A DNA stretch of 57,727 nucleotides, taken from assembly GCA_963788655.1 (NCBI GenBank), contig CAWBHS010000077.1, forward strand, positions 1-57,727. The letters run 5' to 3'. The DNA comes from an uncultured Verrucomicrobiae bacterium (GTDB lineage: Bacteria; Verrucomicrobiota; Verrucomicrobiia; Limisphaerales; JAFGQR01). Shown here piece after piece: positions 1-11,557 of this stretch. The stretch's first letter is position 1. Each line of letters opens with the position of its first letter. The notes beneath the pieces are model-generated. The model ran no database searches and was not told the origin of the DNA. It saw only the letters and a list, made by a program, of their open reading frames with translations. Position numbers and translations under genes: made by a program.

Positions 1-36
1 CAAAGGCGGCTGATTCACCCAGCTCGCAATCTGGAC

Positions 37-2082
37 TTACGATTTGGCGATCCGGGTGGAATCGGACGGTAACGAAATCCGGACCACGCCGTGCTGACCG
101 GTTTTCGATCGCACCACGGTCAGTTCGCCACTATGGGTTTCGATGATTTTGCGACTTACCGTTAGTCCCAGTCCCAGACCTATGTTGCGAGTAGTGAAAA
201 ACGGCTCCGGCACCTTATGGGCGGCTTCATCGGTAAAGCCCTCGCCGTTGTCCTGGACTTCAATCGCCACTTTATTGGCGTGGGCCCCATTGGATTCGAC
301 TTGGGCGCGAACTTCGATCTTGGGATCCTCTGGATTGGCTTGGATGGCATTCAGCATTACTTCGGCCAGGGCGTGTCGCAGCGCTGCACGGTCGCCGGTC
401 AGAAAAACCAGTTGATTGTTGTTGCTGAACTTCAGCTTCCCGGGTTTCGTCTGCTGATGTTGTTGGGCTTCTGCAAAGGCCTCGGTGACCAGTTGATCCA
501 GGGGAATGGCTTCTTTGCTATCGACCACGTCGTGCGAGAGAAATCGCATTTGGTTGATTAGGCGGGTCACGCGTTTGATGCCGTCGGCAAGGGCGGATTC
601 CAGCGATTGCCGAAATTCCGCATCTTTGTATTTTTCGGGCAAGAGTTGTTGATGAGTCGAGAGCGGAACCAACGCGTTACCGATTTCGTGGGCCATTCGG
701 TCTGCCATGCTCTTGATGAGGCGCAAGTTAGCGGTTTCTACCTCCAAGTGCTGCAACTGTTCGGATTGGGTGCGATCTTCGGCCACCAGCAGCGCGGAAT
801 TTGGCAGGACGGAGTTTTCCGGCTGAAAGGGTACGATGGTGATGTGGTAGATCGCATTCGGCCGATCGGCCGGTTGGAACTTGAACGGCGCGATGCCGGT
901 GCCGGTCTTGAGTACCTGATAAATCTTGCTACCCAGGATTTGCGGCAGATCGCTGAATTCCAAGTCGGCGCTGCGGCGTCCCGGACGGGCAAAGAAATGT
1001 CGGGCGGCTTTGTTGGCATGCACGACGTTCAGATCGCGGTCCACCACGACACAGGCGCTGCTCAATTGCCGCAGGATATCAGCCATCATCTCGTTGTTGC
1101 TGGCCAACTGGTCGTGCAGCCAGATGTTTTTCACCGCCAGCCCGAGTTCTTCCAATAGATGAAAGATCAGCTCCAGCTCGCTATTGGCCAGGGGTTCGCC
1201 GGTCAGGCGGCCATCGAAGACCGCCACGCCCACCAGAGTTTCCCGATCCAGCATGGGAATAGCCACCTGGGCGCCGAGCAGTTCAAACTCCTTCGCCATT
1301 TCCGCATCTAAGGCATCAGGGCCCAAGCGGCGGAGAATGCGGCCTTGGCGATACAAGAAACCGCCGATGCCGGATTCAAAGGAGAGTTGGAAGTGTTCCA
1401 ACAACCCCACCGAAAGCCCAATGGCACAGGCGGAGCGCAACCGCCGATTCTCGTCGATGGGCGCCACGTTTCCGAACAGGTTGGAGGGTTTGCGTAGGAA
1501 TATGGCGGCCCGGTTGACCCCGATGATTTCGCGCAGCAGCAGCAGAAACTGCTTGAGCATCGCCTCGGCACGCAACGAATGTGTCAGGATGGCCGAGAAA
1601 TCGCGCAAGACTTTCAGGGCGCGACAGGAAGCTTGCAGGCTCTCAGAGGATTTGATGTCCAGCGAGGGAAGGAGTTCTTGTTGGCGTGGTCGAGGCATGG
1701 GGGACGGGGTGGGCGGAGCGGAAGGACGCGCCAGCAGCCGTTCCAGCAGTCCATTGAGCAGGCGGGCGCGCACGGGTTTGCTGAGAACGAAGGTGACGCC
1801 TTGCAAGTAGGCATCTTCTTCCCATTCCCAGGCCTTGGATTCCGTGTAAATCAGGACCGGACATTTGGGAACACTTTTCCGGACTTTTTCCAGCGCCCAT
1901 AAACCTTGGGAGAAAGCGAAATCGGCGTCGAACAGGCAGACATCCACCAAACCGGGATTGAGCAGCGGCTCGGCTTCTTCAACGTTTAGACGATGAATCA
2001 GCCGGTACATTTCCGGGTTTAGGGCTGCACGAATGGCCTCAGCCAAGGCTGGGTGCTGGGCCAGTATCAAAAGCGTCCGCAT
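37..2082 (-). CDS. Hybrid sensor histidine kinase (REC-GAF-PAS-HisKA-HATPase)
   Basis: N-terminal receiver-like domain (CLFDAD...LSKP) and GAF-like middle. H-box MAHEIGNAL, N-box NAIQA, G1 DNGEG, F-box FFTT, G2 GLGLGL. GAGGA RBS just upstream of the ATG. Confidence 0.9.
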   Translation of the reverse strand: MRTLLILAQHPALAEAIRAALNPEMYRLIHRLNVEEAEPLLNPGLVDVCLFDADFAFSQGLWALEKVRKSVPKCPVLIYTESKAWEWEEDAYLQGVTFVLSKPVRARLLNGLLERLLARPSAPPTPSPMPRPRQQELLPSLDIKSSESLQASCRALKVLRDFSAILTHSLRAEAMLKQFLLLLREIIGVNRAAIFLRKPSNLFGNVAPIDENRRLRSACAIGLSVGLLEHFQLSFESGIGGFLYRQGRILRRLGPDALDAEMAKEFELLGAQVAIPMLDRETLVGVAVFDGRLTGEPLANSELELIFHLLEELGLAVKNIWLHDQLASNNEMMADILRQLSSACVVVDRDLNVVHANKAARHFFARPGRRSADLEFSDLPQILGSKIYQVLKTGTGIAPFKFQPADRPNAIYHITIVPFQPENSVLPNSALLVAEDRTQSEQLQHLEVETANLRLIKSMADRMAHEIGNALVPLSTHQQLLPEKYKDAEFRQSLESALADGIKRVTRLINQMRFLSHDVVDSKEAIPLDQLVTEAFAEAQQHQQTKPGKLKFSNNNQLVFLTGDRAALRHALAEVMLNAIQANPEDPKIEVRAQVESNGAHANKVAIEVQDNGEGFTDEAAHKVPEPFFTTRNIGLGLGLTVSRKIIETHSGELTVVRSKTGQHGVVRISLPSDSTRIAKS

Positions 2083-2130
2083 ACGTCCTCGGCGCTCAAT
2101 TACGGTTGTTTGTCACGTTTAGGATTCGGA

Positions 2131-2221
2131 ACAACCTGACGCCAGCGAACAATCCGTTCGGCATCAGGCAACCTGATGGTGCTCACTCACTCATCCCGAA
2201 CTTTCGGGCAAGTCAGGTTGT
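2131..2221 (-). promoter_or_regulatory. Multi-hairpin structured leader or operator array upstream of the kinase
   Basis: Perfect 10-bp outer inverted repeat (2131-2140 / 2212-2221) enclosing hairpins at 2146-2160, 2162-2178 and 2195-2208. CAACCTGA occurs twice direct and once inverted. Confidence 0.5.
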
Positions 2222-2479
2222 GTTTTATCGCCATCTGCAAAAACACCCCCTGCGACCCACTTCCTAAACACTTCAGCTTTGGATACATGTATCTGCAAAA
2301 TCTTCGTACCACAGCCCCATCAATAGCTCACGCACGCTGCGGCTGCGGATTCAACTAGGTCGGTCGAGGTTTAGAGCGTTTCGGGAAGCGATGCAAGCAT
2401 TTACTGGCCGTTGAAATACTCCCACAGATTGCGGCCTTGCGGCAACCCCGCGATGCACTTGCGCTGAGCCGGTTGGTCC

Positions 2480-4870
2480 TTAAGGCATCTTTTTGTCTTT
2501 AGGCACGGTGACCGCCAGGATATTGCCATTATTGGACAACCGGACCAGATCCAGCAAGATGCGCCGAGTTTCCGCCAACGTAATGTCCATCTTCGGAGCC
2601 GGTTCTGCGGCCTCATCGTCCTCGGCATCTTCCGTGGGGGACTTCGAGCCGTCAGTGTCCTTTTGGGCAATCTGCTGTTCGTTGGTGGAAGCGGAGGCGT
2701 TGTTAGTGTTGGGTTGTTTGGCGGGGGTGGTTGCCATATTGCTGGCAACGGTTTCCGTCTGGTTGGTCGTGGACGGTTCCACACTGGCAGTCTTCACGGT
2801 GTTCGTTTTGCCCTCAGGTTCGGGCAAACCTGGAGTGTCCACAACTTTGAGGGTGATGTCGTAAACCTTGTCCGGCGACTCGGGGCGGGCTGCCAGTTCC
2901 TTCTTGCGGGCTTTGGCGCGCGCTTCGGCCTCGCGGGTTTCCTTGAGGCGTTGCTGTTCGTTCATCGAAACGCTCTTCTCGTCCCGTCTTTTGTTGGCGC
3001 GGGCGATCTCGGTTTCGAGATAGGCGAAGTCCTCGTTGGTGGCTACCCGGCTGTTCGACCGGCGTTTGAGTTCGGCCAGGAACGGACTGATCCGTTTCAT
3101 TTTTTCGAATTTCGCGCTCGCGATCTCGTCCCATTCCAAGCAATTGTCCAGCGCGGCTTCGCCCACCTTGGCGTCATTGTAAATCGAGGGCAACACGATG
3201 TCCGGAATCACGCCTTTCTTTTGGGTGGAAGCGCCGCTGGCTCGGTAGAACTTGCGAATCGTGATTTTCAGGGCACCGGGATTGTTCGTTGGCATCAACC
3301 CGGAAGCCCGAAAGATCGGCCCCAGGTTAATCAACGATTGCACAGTGCCTTTGCCGTGAGTGGATGAATCTCCCACGATCAGTGCCCGGTCATAATCTTG
3401 CAGTGCGCCGGCCAGAATCTCTGAAGCGGAGGCGCTGAATCGGCTGGTCAAAACCACCAGCGGTCCCTTGTAGTACTCACCGGGATATTGCTCGTTGCGG
3501 TCTTCATCGATTAATGGCTTGCCGGTGGCGTCGCGGACCTGCACGACCGGGCCTTTGTCGATGAACAGGCCAGTAAGGTTGATGGCTTCTTCGAGCGAAC
3601 CACCGCCGTTGCGCCGGAGGTCCAGAACAATTCCCGCCACGTTTTCACTGACCAGCTTTTTGATCAGCCGGGCGACATCGGTCGTCGTGCTCTTTTGCTG
3701 TTGTGGGACTTGGCTTCGGTCCATCTCGTATCCCGAATAAAACGAGGGCAGGTCAATCACCCCAAGCCGGACACTTTCACCATCTTTCACCGGGATTTCA
3801 TATATCTTGGCTTTGGCGGCCTGATCTTCCAGTTTGATTTCATCGCGAATAATGTTGATCACCTTGCGCACCGAGGGATCCGAGGCGTGCGCGGGAATGA
3901 TGGTCAGCCGGACTTCGGTTGCTTTGGGGCCGCGAATCAAATCGACAACCTTGCGCAGCGGCATGTCCACTACTTCCACCGGCGGTTGATTGCTCTGGGC
4001 CACGGCAATGATCTTGTCGTCCGGGTGCAGCTTATTGCTCTTTTCTGCCGGGCCTTCCGGGGTCAGGCTTTGAATGCGGCAAATCCCGTCTTCGGACCGT
4101 AGCAAAGCGCCAATGCCGTAGAGCGACAGTTGCATGCCGATTTTAAAATTTTCGAATTCCGCTTTGCCCATGTAATCCGAATGCGGATCATACACGCGTG
4201 CCAGCGCGGTGAGATAAAGTTGCAGCACGTCATCGGCATCGTAATCGTTGATCAACCGCAAAATGCGATTGTACCGGCGGGTAATGATGCGCACGATGCT
4301 CGCATGGGTTTCTTTGTTGAGGATCTCCTGGAGATATTCATAACGTAATCGTTCCCGCCAGAGTTTGTGGGCTTCGGCCAGGTCTTTGGGCCGGGGCAAC
4401 TCCTTGCGGTTCGCCACGTAGGTGTCATTGCCCGTGAAATCGAACTTCTCCTTGGCCAATAAGCCGGTCATATAATGGTACTGTTGGTCCAACCGCTTGC
4501 GGAATCGGGTGAAAATGACCCGCGCCGGCGTGGTGTCGCCGTTCTTGGTCAGTTCGTCCAAATGGAAACGATACCCTTCAAATTCCTGGATATCCGACTG
4601 CAGGAAGTACAAGTGCAGATTGTCAAGCGAATCGAGGTAACGGTCGAAAAACCGGGATGAAACATCATCATCGAGCTTCATTCGCAAGTAATGCTGACGT
4701 TCCAACAGCGTGGCAACCACCTTGGCGATGGGCGCATCATAGGGCCCGGGTACCAGCGTCGTGACGCTGGTGTATTTCTGGATCGGGGCGTTGGTGTCCA
4801 AGCTGCTCAGGTCGGCTTTCGCCACCGTCAGCAAGAGCGAAAAACTCAGTAATATTGCGCTAAATTTCAT
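2480..4870 (-). CDS. prc: Carboxy-terminal processing (tail-specific) protease, S41A
   Basis: Signal peptide MKFSAILLSF...AKA, PDZ (GIGALL), DLRRNGGGSL, SASASEI (catalytic Ser), HGKGTVQ (Lys) and GVIPDI. Start set at ATG 4870. Confidence 0.92.
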   Translation of the reverse strand: MKFSAILLSFSLLLTVAKADLSSLDTNAPIQKYTSVTTLVPGPYDAPIAKVVATLLERQHYLRMKLDDDVSSRFFDRYLDSLDNLHLYFLQSDIQEFEGYRFHLDELTKNGDTTPARVIFTRFRKRLDQQYHYMTGLLAKEKFDFTGNDTYVANRKELPRPKDLAEAHKLWRERLRYEYLQEILNKETHASIVRIITRRYNRILRLINDYDADDVLQLYLTALARVYDPHSDYMGKAEFENFKIGMQLSLYGIGALLRSEDGICRIQSLTPEGPAEKSNKLHPDDKIIAVAQSNQPPVEVVDMPLRKVVDLIRGPKATEVRLTIIPAHASDPSVRKVINIIRDEIKLEDQAAKAKIYEIPVKDGESVRLGVIDLPSFYSGYEMDRSQVPQQQKSTTTDVARLIKKLVSENVAGIVLDLRRNGGGSLEEAINLTGLFIDKGPVVQVRDATGKPLIDEDRNEQYPGEYYKGPLVVLTSRFSASASEILAGALQDYDRALIVGDSSTHGKGTVQSLINLGPIFRASGLMPTNNPGALKITIRKFYRASGASTQKKGVIPDIVLPSIYNDAKVGEAALDNCLEWDEIASAKFEKMKRISPFLAELKRRSNSRVATNEDFAYLETEIARANKRRDEKSVSMNEQQRLKETREAEARAKARKKELAARPESPDKVYDITLKVVDTPGLPEPEGKTNTVKTASVEPSTTNQTETVASNMATTPAKQPNTNNASASTNEQQIAQKDTDGSKSPTEDAEDDEAAEPAPKMDITLAETRRILLDLVRLSNNGNILAVTVPKDKKMP

Positions 4871-5139
4871 GCGAATGTTGGCCAATTTGCCATCTGTTTT
4901 CCGGTTAGGATAGCACAAAATCCCTGCTCCCATAGCAGATTGCTACAAACCATTCCAAATTGCAGGCCAGGCGTGCCGGCTATTTCCAAGGAGTGCCAAC
5001 CCGCTGCTGCGCACTTGGTGTTCGGTAAAGGATTGAGCGTTTCCTCAACCTTCGGGACCGGCAGGATGCGGATGGGCTAACTTTGGGGGTGGTTTGCGGA
5101 GCATACCGGAATAGTCTTCGTCCAACAGTGGAGTCTATT

Positions 5140-8100
5140 ATGATGCGCACTATGAAAAGAGTCGTAACTGGTGTTGTTCTGGCCTTCGCAATGGCCGCGT
5201 CATTTTCTCATGCCGCTTCGCGCGGCGACCTTTGGAAAAAGGTCGATGAAGCCGTCAGCAAGGGGCTGCCGCGCACCGCCATCACGAACTTGAACGAAAT
5301 CATTCCGGGTGCCATTCAGGCCAAAGCTTGGGGGGAAGCCACGAAGGCTGTCGCCCGCAAGATCGCCCTCGAGGGCAACATCCAGGGCAACAAGCCGGAG
5401 GAGAAAATCACGCGCATGGAAGTGGAGATTGCGCAGGCGCCCCCGGAAATTGTGCCGTTGCTCCGCGCTCTCGAAGCCGATTGGTATTGGCAATATTTTC
5501 AACAGAACAAATGGCGGTTCATGCGCCGCACTGCCACCGCTGAACCGCCGGGCAAGGGTTTTACCACCTGGGATCTGCCGCGATTGTTCGCCGAGATTGA
5601 CAAGGTATTTGATCAGGCCCTCAGCGCGTCCAACCAGCTTCAGCGGATACCGGTCGCCGACTTCAGCGACGTGCTGGTCAAGGGTACGGTGCCCGATGAT
5701 TATCGGCCCACCCTGTACGATTTCATCGCGCACGAAGCGCTGGACTTTTACACGTCCGGCGAGCAAGCCGCTGCCAAACCGGAGAATGCCTTCGAGATCT
5801 CGGCCGACAGTCCGATCTTCGGCAACACGACCGCTTTCCTCGATTGGAAACCGGAAACCACGCAGACGAATGCGCCCGCTCTCAAGGCCATTCGCCGGTA
5901 CCAGGACTTGCTGCGTGTTCACCGAAAGGACACGAACCCGACGGCGTTCCTGGCGGCGGACCTCGAGCGGTTGGTTTATGGTCACAACGTGGCGTTCGGC
6001 GAGTCCAAGGACACCCGCTACCGGGCGGCGCTGCAGGCGTTCGTGGCCCAATGGCTGGACAATGAGGTTTCTTCTCTGGCGCTCTATCAGTGGGCGCGGT
6101 CGGTCAAGGATGACGGCAACCTGGTCGAAGCCCGCAAACTGGCGCAGCGCGGCGAGAACGCCCATCGCGACAGTGTCGGTGGCAAGATGTGCCACAACCT
6201 CGTCGCGGAAATCGAAGCCCCTTCGCTCCGCACCAGCACCGAGCGCGTCTGGAACTGCGGGAGCACGACTGGCGGTGAAAAGGCGGCGAAACAATCCGCC
6301 AGGGACCGAACCCGTCCGGGAAGGCTTCGACCAACGAAGACATCTGTCCTTCGATCGACATTCGCTACCGCAATCTCACGCAGATCTACTTCCGCGCGGT
6401 GCCGTACGACTGGGACACATTTCTTGACCGGAGCCATAGTCGGCCGGAATCGCTGAACACGACCGAACGCAAAGCCCTGCTCACCAAAACACCAGTGCTC
6501 ACCTGGTCGGCCAAGTTGCCGGCGACCACGGACTACAAGGAGCGGACGGAGCGAATTCCGGCGCCGCTCACGCTCAAACCTGGATTCTATTTCATCATTG
6601 CCAGTCACGATCCGGAATTCGGGGAGCCGAATAACCAGGTCAGCTATACGGACATTTGGGTGAGCGATTTGGCGTTGGTGGTCCGCACCCGCGATGGCCG
6701 GATCGAGGGGTTTGTGCTCGGGGCAGACTCGGGCGAACCGCTCAAGGGAGCGGAGATTGGTGCGTGGTTCTTGGACCGGAATGGGAATCGCATCGCCGTG
6801 CCGAAGACCGAAACCGATGCCAACGGATTCTTTGGTTTCGAACCGAGCGAGCGGCGCGGTTATCTTATCCGGGCGCGGCATCACGGGCAGGAGGTTGCGA
6901 CACAGAACGAGTTCGCCGCCTACCCCCAGCAGGAACCCAAAGCGCGTGACCAAACCGTCTTCTTCACCGATCGTGCGCTGTATCGCCCCGGGCAAACGAT
7001 CCATTACCAAGGTATCGTGCTGCGCGTGGATCAAGCGAAGGACAATTATGAAGTGCTGGCCGGACGCCGGATCACGGTGGTGTTCAGTGATACGAACGGC
7101 AAGGAAATCGCCAAGGCCGAACACCAGGCCAACGACTACGGTTCCTTCAGCGGCAGTTTCACCGCGCCCCGGGATCGCCTGATGGGCCGGATGCAAATTC
7201 GTGTGACCAGCGGCGAACGCGGCAACGCGTGGTTCAACGTGGAGGAATACAAGCGTCCGAAATTTCGCGTGACCCTCGACGCGCCCAAAACCGCCGCCAA
7301 GCTCAACACCAAAGTGCTCATCCCCGCGAAAGCCGAAGCCTACACCGGCGCGGCGGTCGATGGGGCGGAAGTAAAATACCGCGTCGTGCGCGAAGTGCGC
7401 TGGCCGGCATGGTGGGGTTGGTGGAGTTGGCGGCGGCCGCAAGCGCAGGGCAGCCAGGAAATCGCCCATGGTTCCACCACGACGGCCGCCGACGGCACGT
7501 TCTCCATCGAGTTTGTGGCCAAGCCTGATCCCAAGGTGGATCCCAAGAGCGAAGCGACGTTTACGTTCAGCGTTCATGCGGATGTAACCGATTCCGCCGG
7601 CGAAACCCGTTCCGACCAGCGCACCGTGAACGTGGGTTTCGTGGCGTTGAAAGCCGCGTTGTCGGTCGATGACTGGCAAACCGAAAACCAGCCGGTTGAA
7701 GTGAAGATTCGCACGACCACCCTCGATGGCGAACCGCAGTCGGCCGAGGGGTCGTTGAAAGTGTATCATCTCCAGGCACCGGAACGGGTCCATCGGCCGC
7801 CGTTGAGCCGAAATTATTGGCCCCTGGATGAAGACAGCGATGGCCAGCCGGATGCCGACATGTCCAATCCCAACCATTGGGAACTCGACACGGTGGCCGT
7901 CGAGAAGCGTTTCACTACCGACGCTGAGGGCAGGGCGGCGCTTCAATTTCAATTGGAGGCTGCGGCGTATCGCGTCGTGCTCGAAACCCAGGATCGTTTT
8001 GGGAAGAAAGTCACCGCCCCGCTACCGCTGCAAGTGTTGCGGCCCGATGCCGCCAAATTGAACCTCAAAATTCCGCACCTCCTGGCCGCGCCCCGGTGGC

Positions 8101-11100
8101 GCTTGGAACCGGGCGAGGAATTCACCGCCTTGTGGGGCACTGGTTATCCCGCGGGCCGGGCCTTCGTCGAGTTCGAGCACGACAACCAAATCATCGAGCG
8201 CTACTGGACCCAGTCGGGCCGCACCCAACAGCAGATCAAGCACGCGGTCAGCGAAGCCATGCGCGGAGGTTTCACGTTGCACGTGACCCAGGTGCGCGAC
8301 AATCGCGCGTTCCTCGATTCGCGCCATATCGACGTGCCGTGGAGCAACAAGGAACTTGACCTCAAATGGGAGCACTTCGTTTCGAAGCTCCAACCGGATC
8401 AAAAAGAAACGTGGACCGCGGTCATCACGCGGCTGGTCGGCAAGAAAGCCGTGGGCGCGCGCGCGCCGGCCGGCGATGGCGGCAAGCGCGGATCTGAGGG
8501 ACCGGCCAAACCAGGAGCCGACAATGGAAAAGAGGCGACTACTGAACCCACAGACGCCTTGCCGCCTGAAGGCGGAACTCCGAACGTGAAGGTGGTCGCC
8601 GAAATGGTGGCCACCCTTTACGACGAGTCCTTGGACCAATTCATGGCGTTTAACTGGCCGCATCAGTTGAATGTTTTCGGGCACGACTACACCACGGCTA
8701 ACACCCGGTTCGTCAATCAACAGCAGACGCTGCGACATCTCCAAGGCAATTGGGACCTTGGTTACATGAGCGTGGAATTGATTTATCGCCATTTTCCCCA
8801 GGACATCGTCGGTAGTTTTTGGAGCAATTATGGGACGAGAAGATTTCGAGGTATGGCGGTCTATGACATGAACGCCGTTGGCCTCGCTGAAGCGGCCGTG
8901 CCGGCTACCGCCACCCCGCCACCTGCGGAGGCCAAAATGGACTTCGCGGATGGAGTCGAGACGGCGACGAGAAATTTCGCCTTTAAGGCCGCTGGACTAG
9001 GATTGGGTGAGGGCGGCGCTGCGGCTGGTGAGGCGCCCGCCCAAAGCCCGGACCTTAGCCAGGTCACCGCGCGGAAGAACCTGAACGAAACGGCGTTCTT
9101 CTATCCGCAACTACTCGCGGACAGCAACGGCGTGGTGCGCATGACCTTCACCATGCCCGAGGCGCTGACCACCTGGCGTTTCATGGGGTTCGCGCATGAC
9201 CGGCAGTTGCGTTCGGGTTTCCTCGAGGACCACGCCGTCACGTCCAAGGACTTGATGGTGCAACCGAATCCGCCCCGCTTCCTCCGCGAGGGCGATGAGA
9301 TTGAGTTCACCGTCAAAGTTTCCAACCAATCACCCGCCCGCCAGGAAGGCAAAGTCCGGCTGACCTTCAATTACGCCCGCAACGATCAGCCCGCCGACCA
9401 GGACCTGGCCAACACCGATAACGAAAAATCCTTCGACATTCCGTCCAAAGAATCCCGCAGTTACGCCTGGCGCATCAAGGTGCCGGACGGCTGCGGATTT
9501 CTGACATACAAAGCTGTGGGTTCGACCGGCCGCATCTCGGATGGCGAGGAAGGCTATTTGCCGGTGCTATCCCGACAGATTCTCGTGACCGAGTCCATGA
9601 CGTTGCCCATCCGCGGGCCAGCCACGAAGCAATTCAAGTTCACCCGGCTCCTCGAATCCGGTCAATCCAAGACCTTGCGCAACGAAAGCCTGCTGGTGCA
9701 GATGGTCTCCAATCCCGCGTGGTACGCCGTAATGGCGTTGCCTTACCTGATGGAGTTTCCGCACGAATGCACCGAACAAACGTTCAACCGGTTTTATGCG
9801 AATGCGCTCGCCCGCAACATCGCCAATAGCGATCCGAAGATTCGGCGAATTTTTGATCAATGGAAAAACACACCCGCCCTCGAATCGCCGCTGGAGAAGA
9901 ACCAGGACCTCAAGTCCGTGATGCTGGAAGAAACGCCGTGGCTTCGGCAGGCCGTCAACGAAAGCCAGGCCCGCAAGAACGTGGGGATCCTTTTTGATGA
10001 CAACCGGCTGAACTACGAGACTTGAAAAGGCGCTGCGCAAACTGTCCGAGCAACAACTTGGTGATGGTTCCTGGCCGTGGTTCCCCGGCGGACGCGGCAA
10101 CGATTACATCACGCTCTACATCGTCACGGGCTTCGGGCGATTGCGGCACCTGTCCGTGGACATCGACGTATCGCCCGCCGTGCGCGCCTTGGCCCGGCTC
10201 GACAATTGGATGGACGAGCATTATCAGCGGATTTTGCGCTCGCCGAATCCCGAAGATTACGTGCCCAGCCCGACGGACGCGCTGTATCTGTATGGCCGGA
10301 GCTTCTTCCTCAAGGACCGGGCCATCGCCAAGAACCATCAGGAAGCCATTCGAATTCTTCCTCAAACAAGCGCGCAAATTTTGGTTAAAGACCAACAGCC
10401 GCCAGACGCAGGGCCATCTGGCGCTGGCCTTGAAACGCTTTAACGCCTTCAACCCGTTCACCGTCGCCAACGACTCCACGCCCGCCGACATCATGCGCAG
10501 CATCAAAGAGCGTAGCGTGACCAACGAGGAAATGGGCATGTTCTGGCGCGACACCGAATTGAGCTGGTGGTGGTATCGCGCGCCCATCGAAACGCAGGCG
10601 CTGATGATCGAGGCCTTCGACGAAGTCATGGGCGACAAACAAGCGGTCGAGGAATGCCGTGTCTGGCTGCTGAAGCAGAAGCAGACGCAGGATTGGAAGA
10701 CCACCAAAGCCACCGCCGACGCCGTCTATGCCCTGCTGCTGCGCGGCAAAGACATCCTGGCCAGCGACGAGCTGGTGCAAGTGACGCTGGGCGGCGTCAA
10801 CGTGACTCCCACTGCCGCCGGAACGGGCGAGCTCCCCGCCCCCGTCCGGGGAGAGGGCCGGGGTGAGAAGGCGATCCGCAACGACGCCCCCGTCGAACCC
10901 GGCACCGGCTTCTACGAAGTACCGCTTACGCCCAGACCGAAATCAAGCCCAAGCTGGGCGAGATCACCGTGAAGAAGGTGGACCAGGGCGTTGCCTGGGG
11001 CAGCGTCAATTGGCAATACCTCGAGGACATGACCAAGGTCACGCCTTACGAGGGCACACCGCTCAAGCTGCAAGAAGATCGCTCTACACCAAGGTCAACA

Positions 11101-11474
11101 CCGCTCGCGGCCCGGTGCTGGAGCCGGTCAACGGCCCGTTATCGGTCGGCGACGAATTGGTCGTGCGCATCGAGCTGCGCGTGGACCGCGACATGGAATA
11201 CGTGCACCTCAAGGACCAGCGCGGCAGCGGCACCGAGCCCGTCAATGTCCTCTCGCACTACAAATACCAGGACGGCCTGGCCTACTACGAGACCACCCGC
11301 GACACCGCCAGCCACTTCTTCATCGATTACCTGCCCAAGGGCACCTACGTCTTCGAATACTCCACCCGCGTCCAGCTCCGCGGCCAGTACCAGACCGGCA
11401 TGGCCAGCATCCAGTGCATGTACGCGCCCGAGTTCAACAGCCACAGCCAGAGCCTCCCGCTGGTGGTGAAGTGA
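5140..11474 (+). CDS. Bacterial alpha-2-macroglobulin family protein, split by at least 5 frameshifts (~6300, ~10020, ~10350, ~10920, ~11075)
   Basis: Signal peptide, FTDRALYRPGQ, VEEYKRPKF, RKNLNETAFFYP, MPEALTTW, PRFLREGD, thioester-type PHECTEQ, DGSWPWFPG (shifted frame) and C-terminal CMYAPEFNSHS. The pieces join by single-base shifts. Confidence 0.9.
8561..8585 (+). repeat. REP-like palindrome GCCGCCTGAAGGCGGAACTCCGAAC, in-frame inside the macroglobulin CDS
   Basis: 24/25 identical to the reverse complement of intergenic 41506-41530. Confidence 0.8.
10848..10867 (+). repeat. REP-like GGGGAGAGGGCCGGGGTGAG, in-frame inside the macroglobulin CDS
   Basis: 19/20 identical to intergenic 26242-26261. 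Confidence 0.7.
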
Positions 11475-11557
11475 GCGGTGGCCGAGAGCGTGGCGCGAAA
11501 CATGGTGAAGAAGAGAGCGAAGAGGAAAACCGAAACCCGAAGGTCGAAACCTGAAAG

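Noticed and set aside
2131..2221. tRNA, given the cloverleaf-like layout
   Set aside because: No T-loop or D-loop consensus, no 7-nt anticodon loop and no CCA end.
2285..2315. Sigma54 promoter for the kinase (TGGTACGAAGATTTTGC on minus)
   Set aside because: GG-to-GC spacing is 12 nt rather than the required 10.
10000..11100. Programmed frameshifting or phase variation in the macroglobulin gene
   Set aside because: The shifts are numerous, mostly not at slippery or repeat tracts, and similar indels hit housekeeping rsmB, so sequencing error is simpler.
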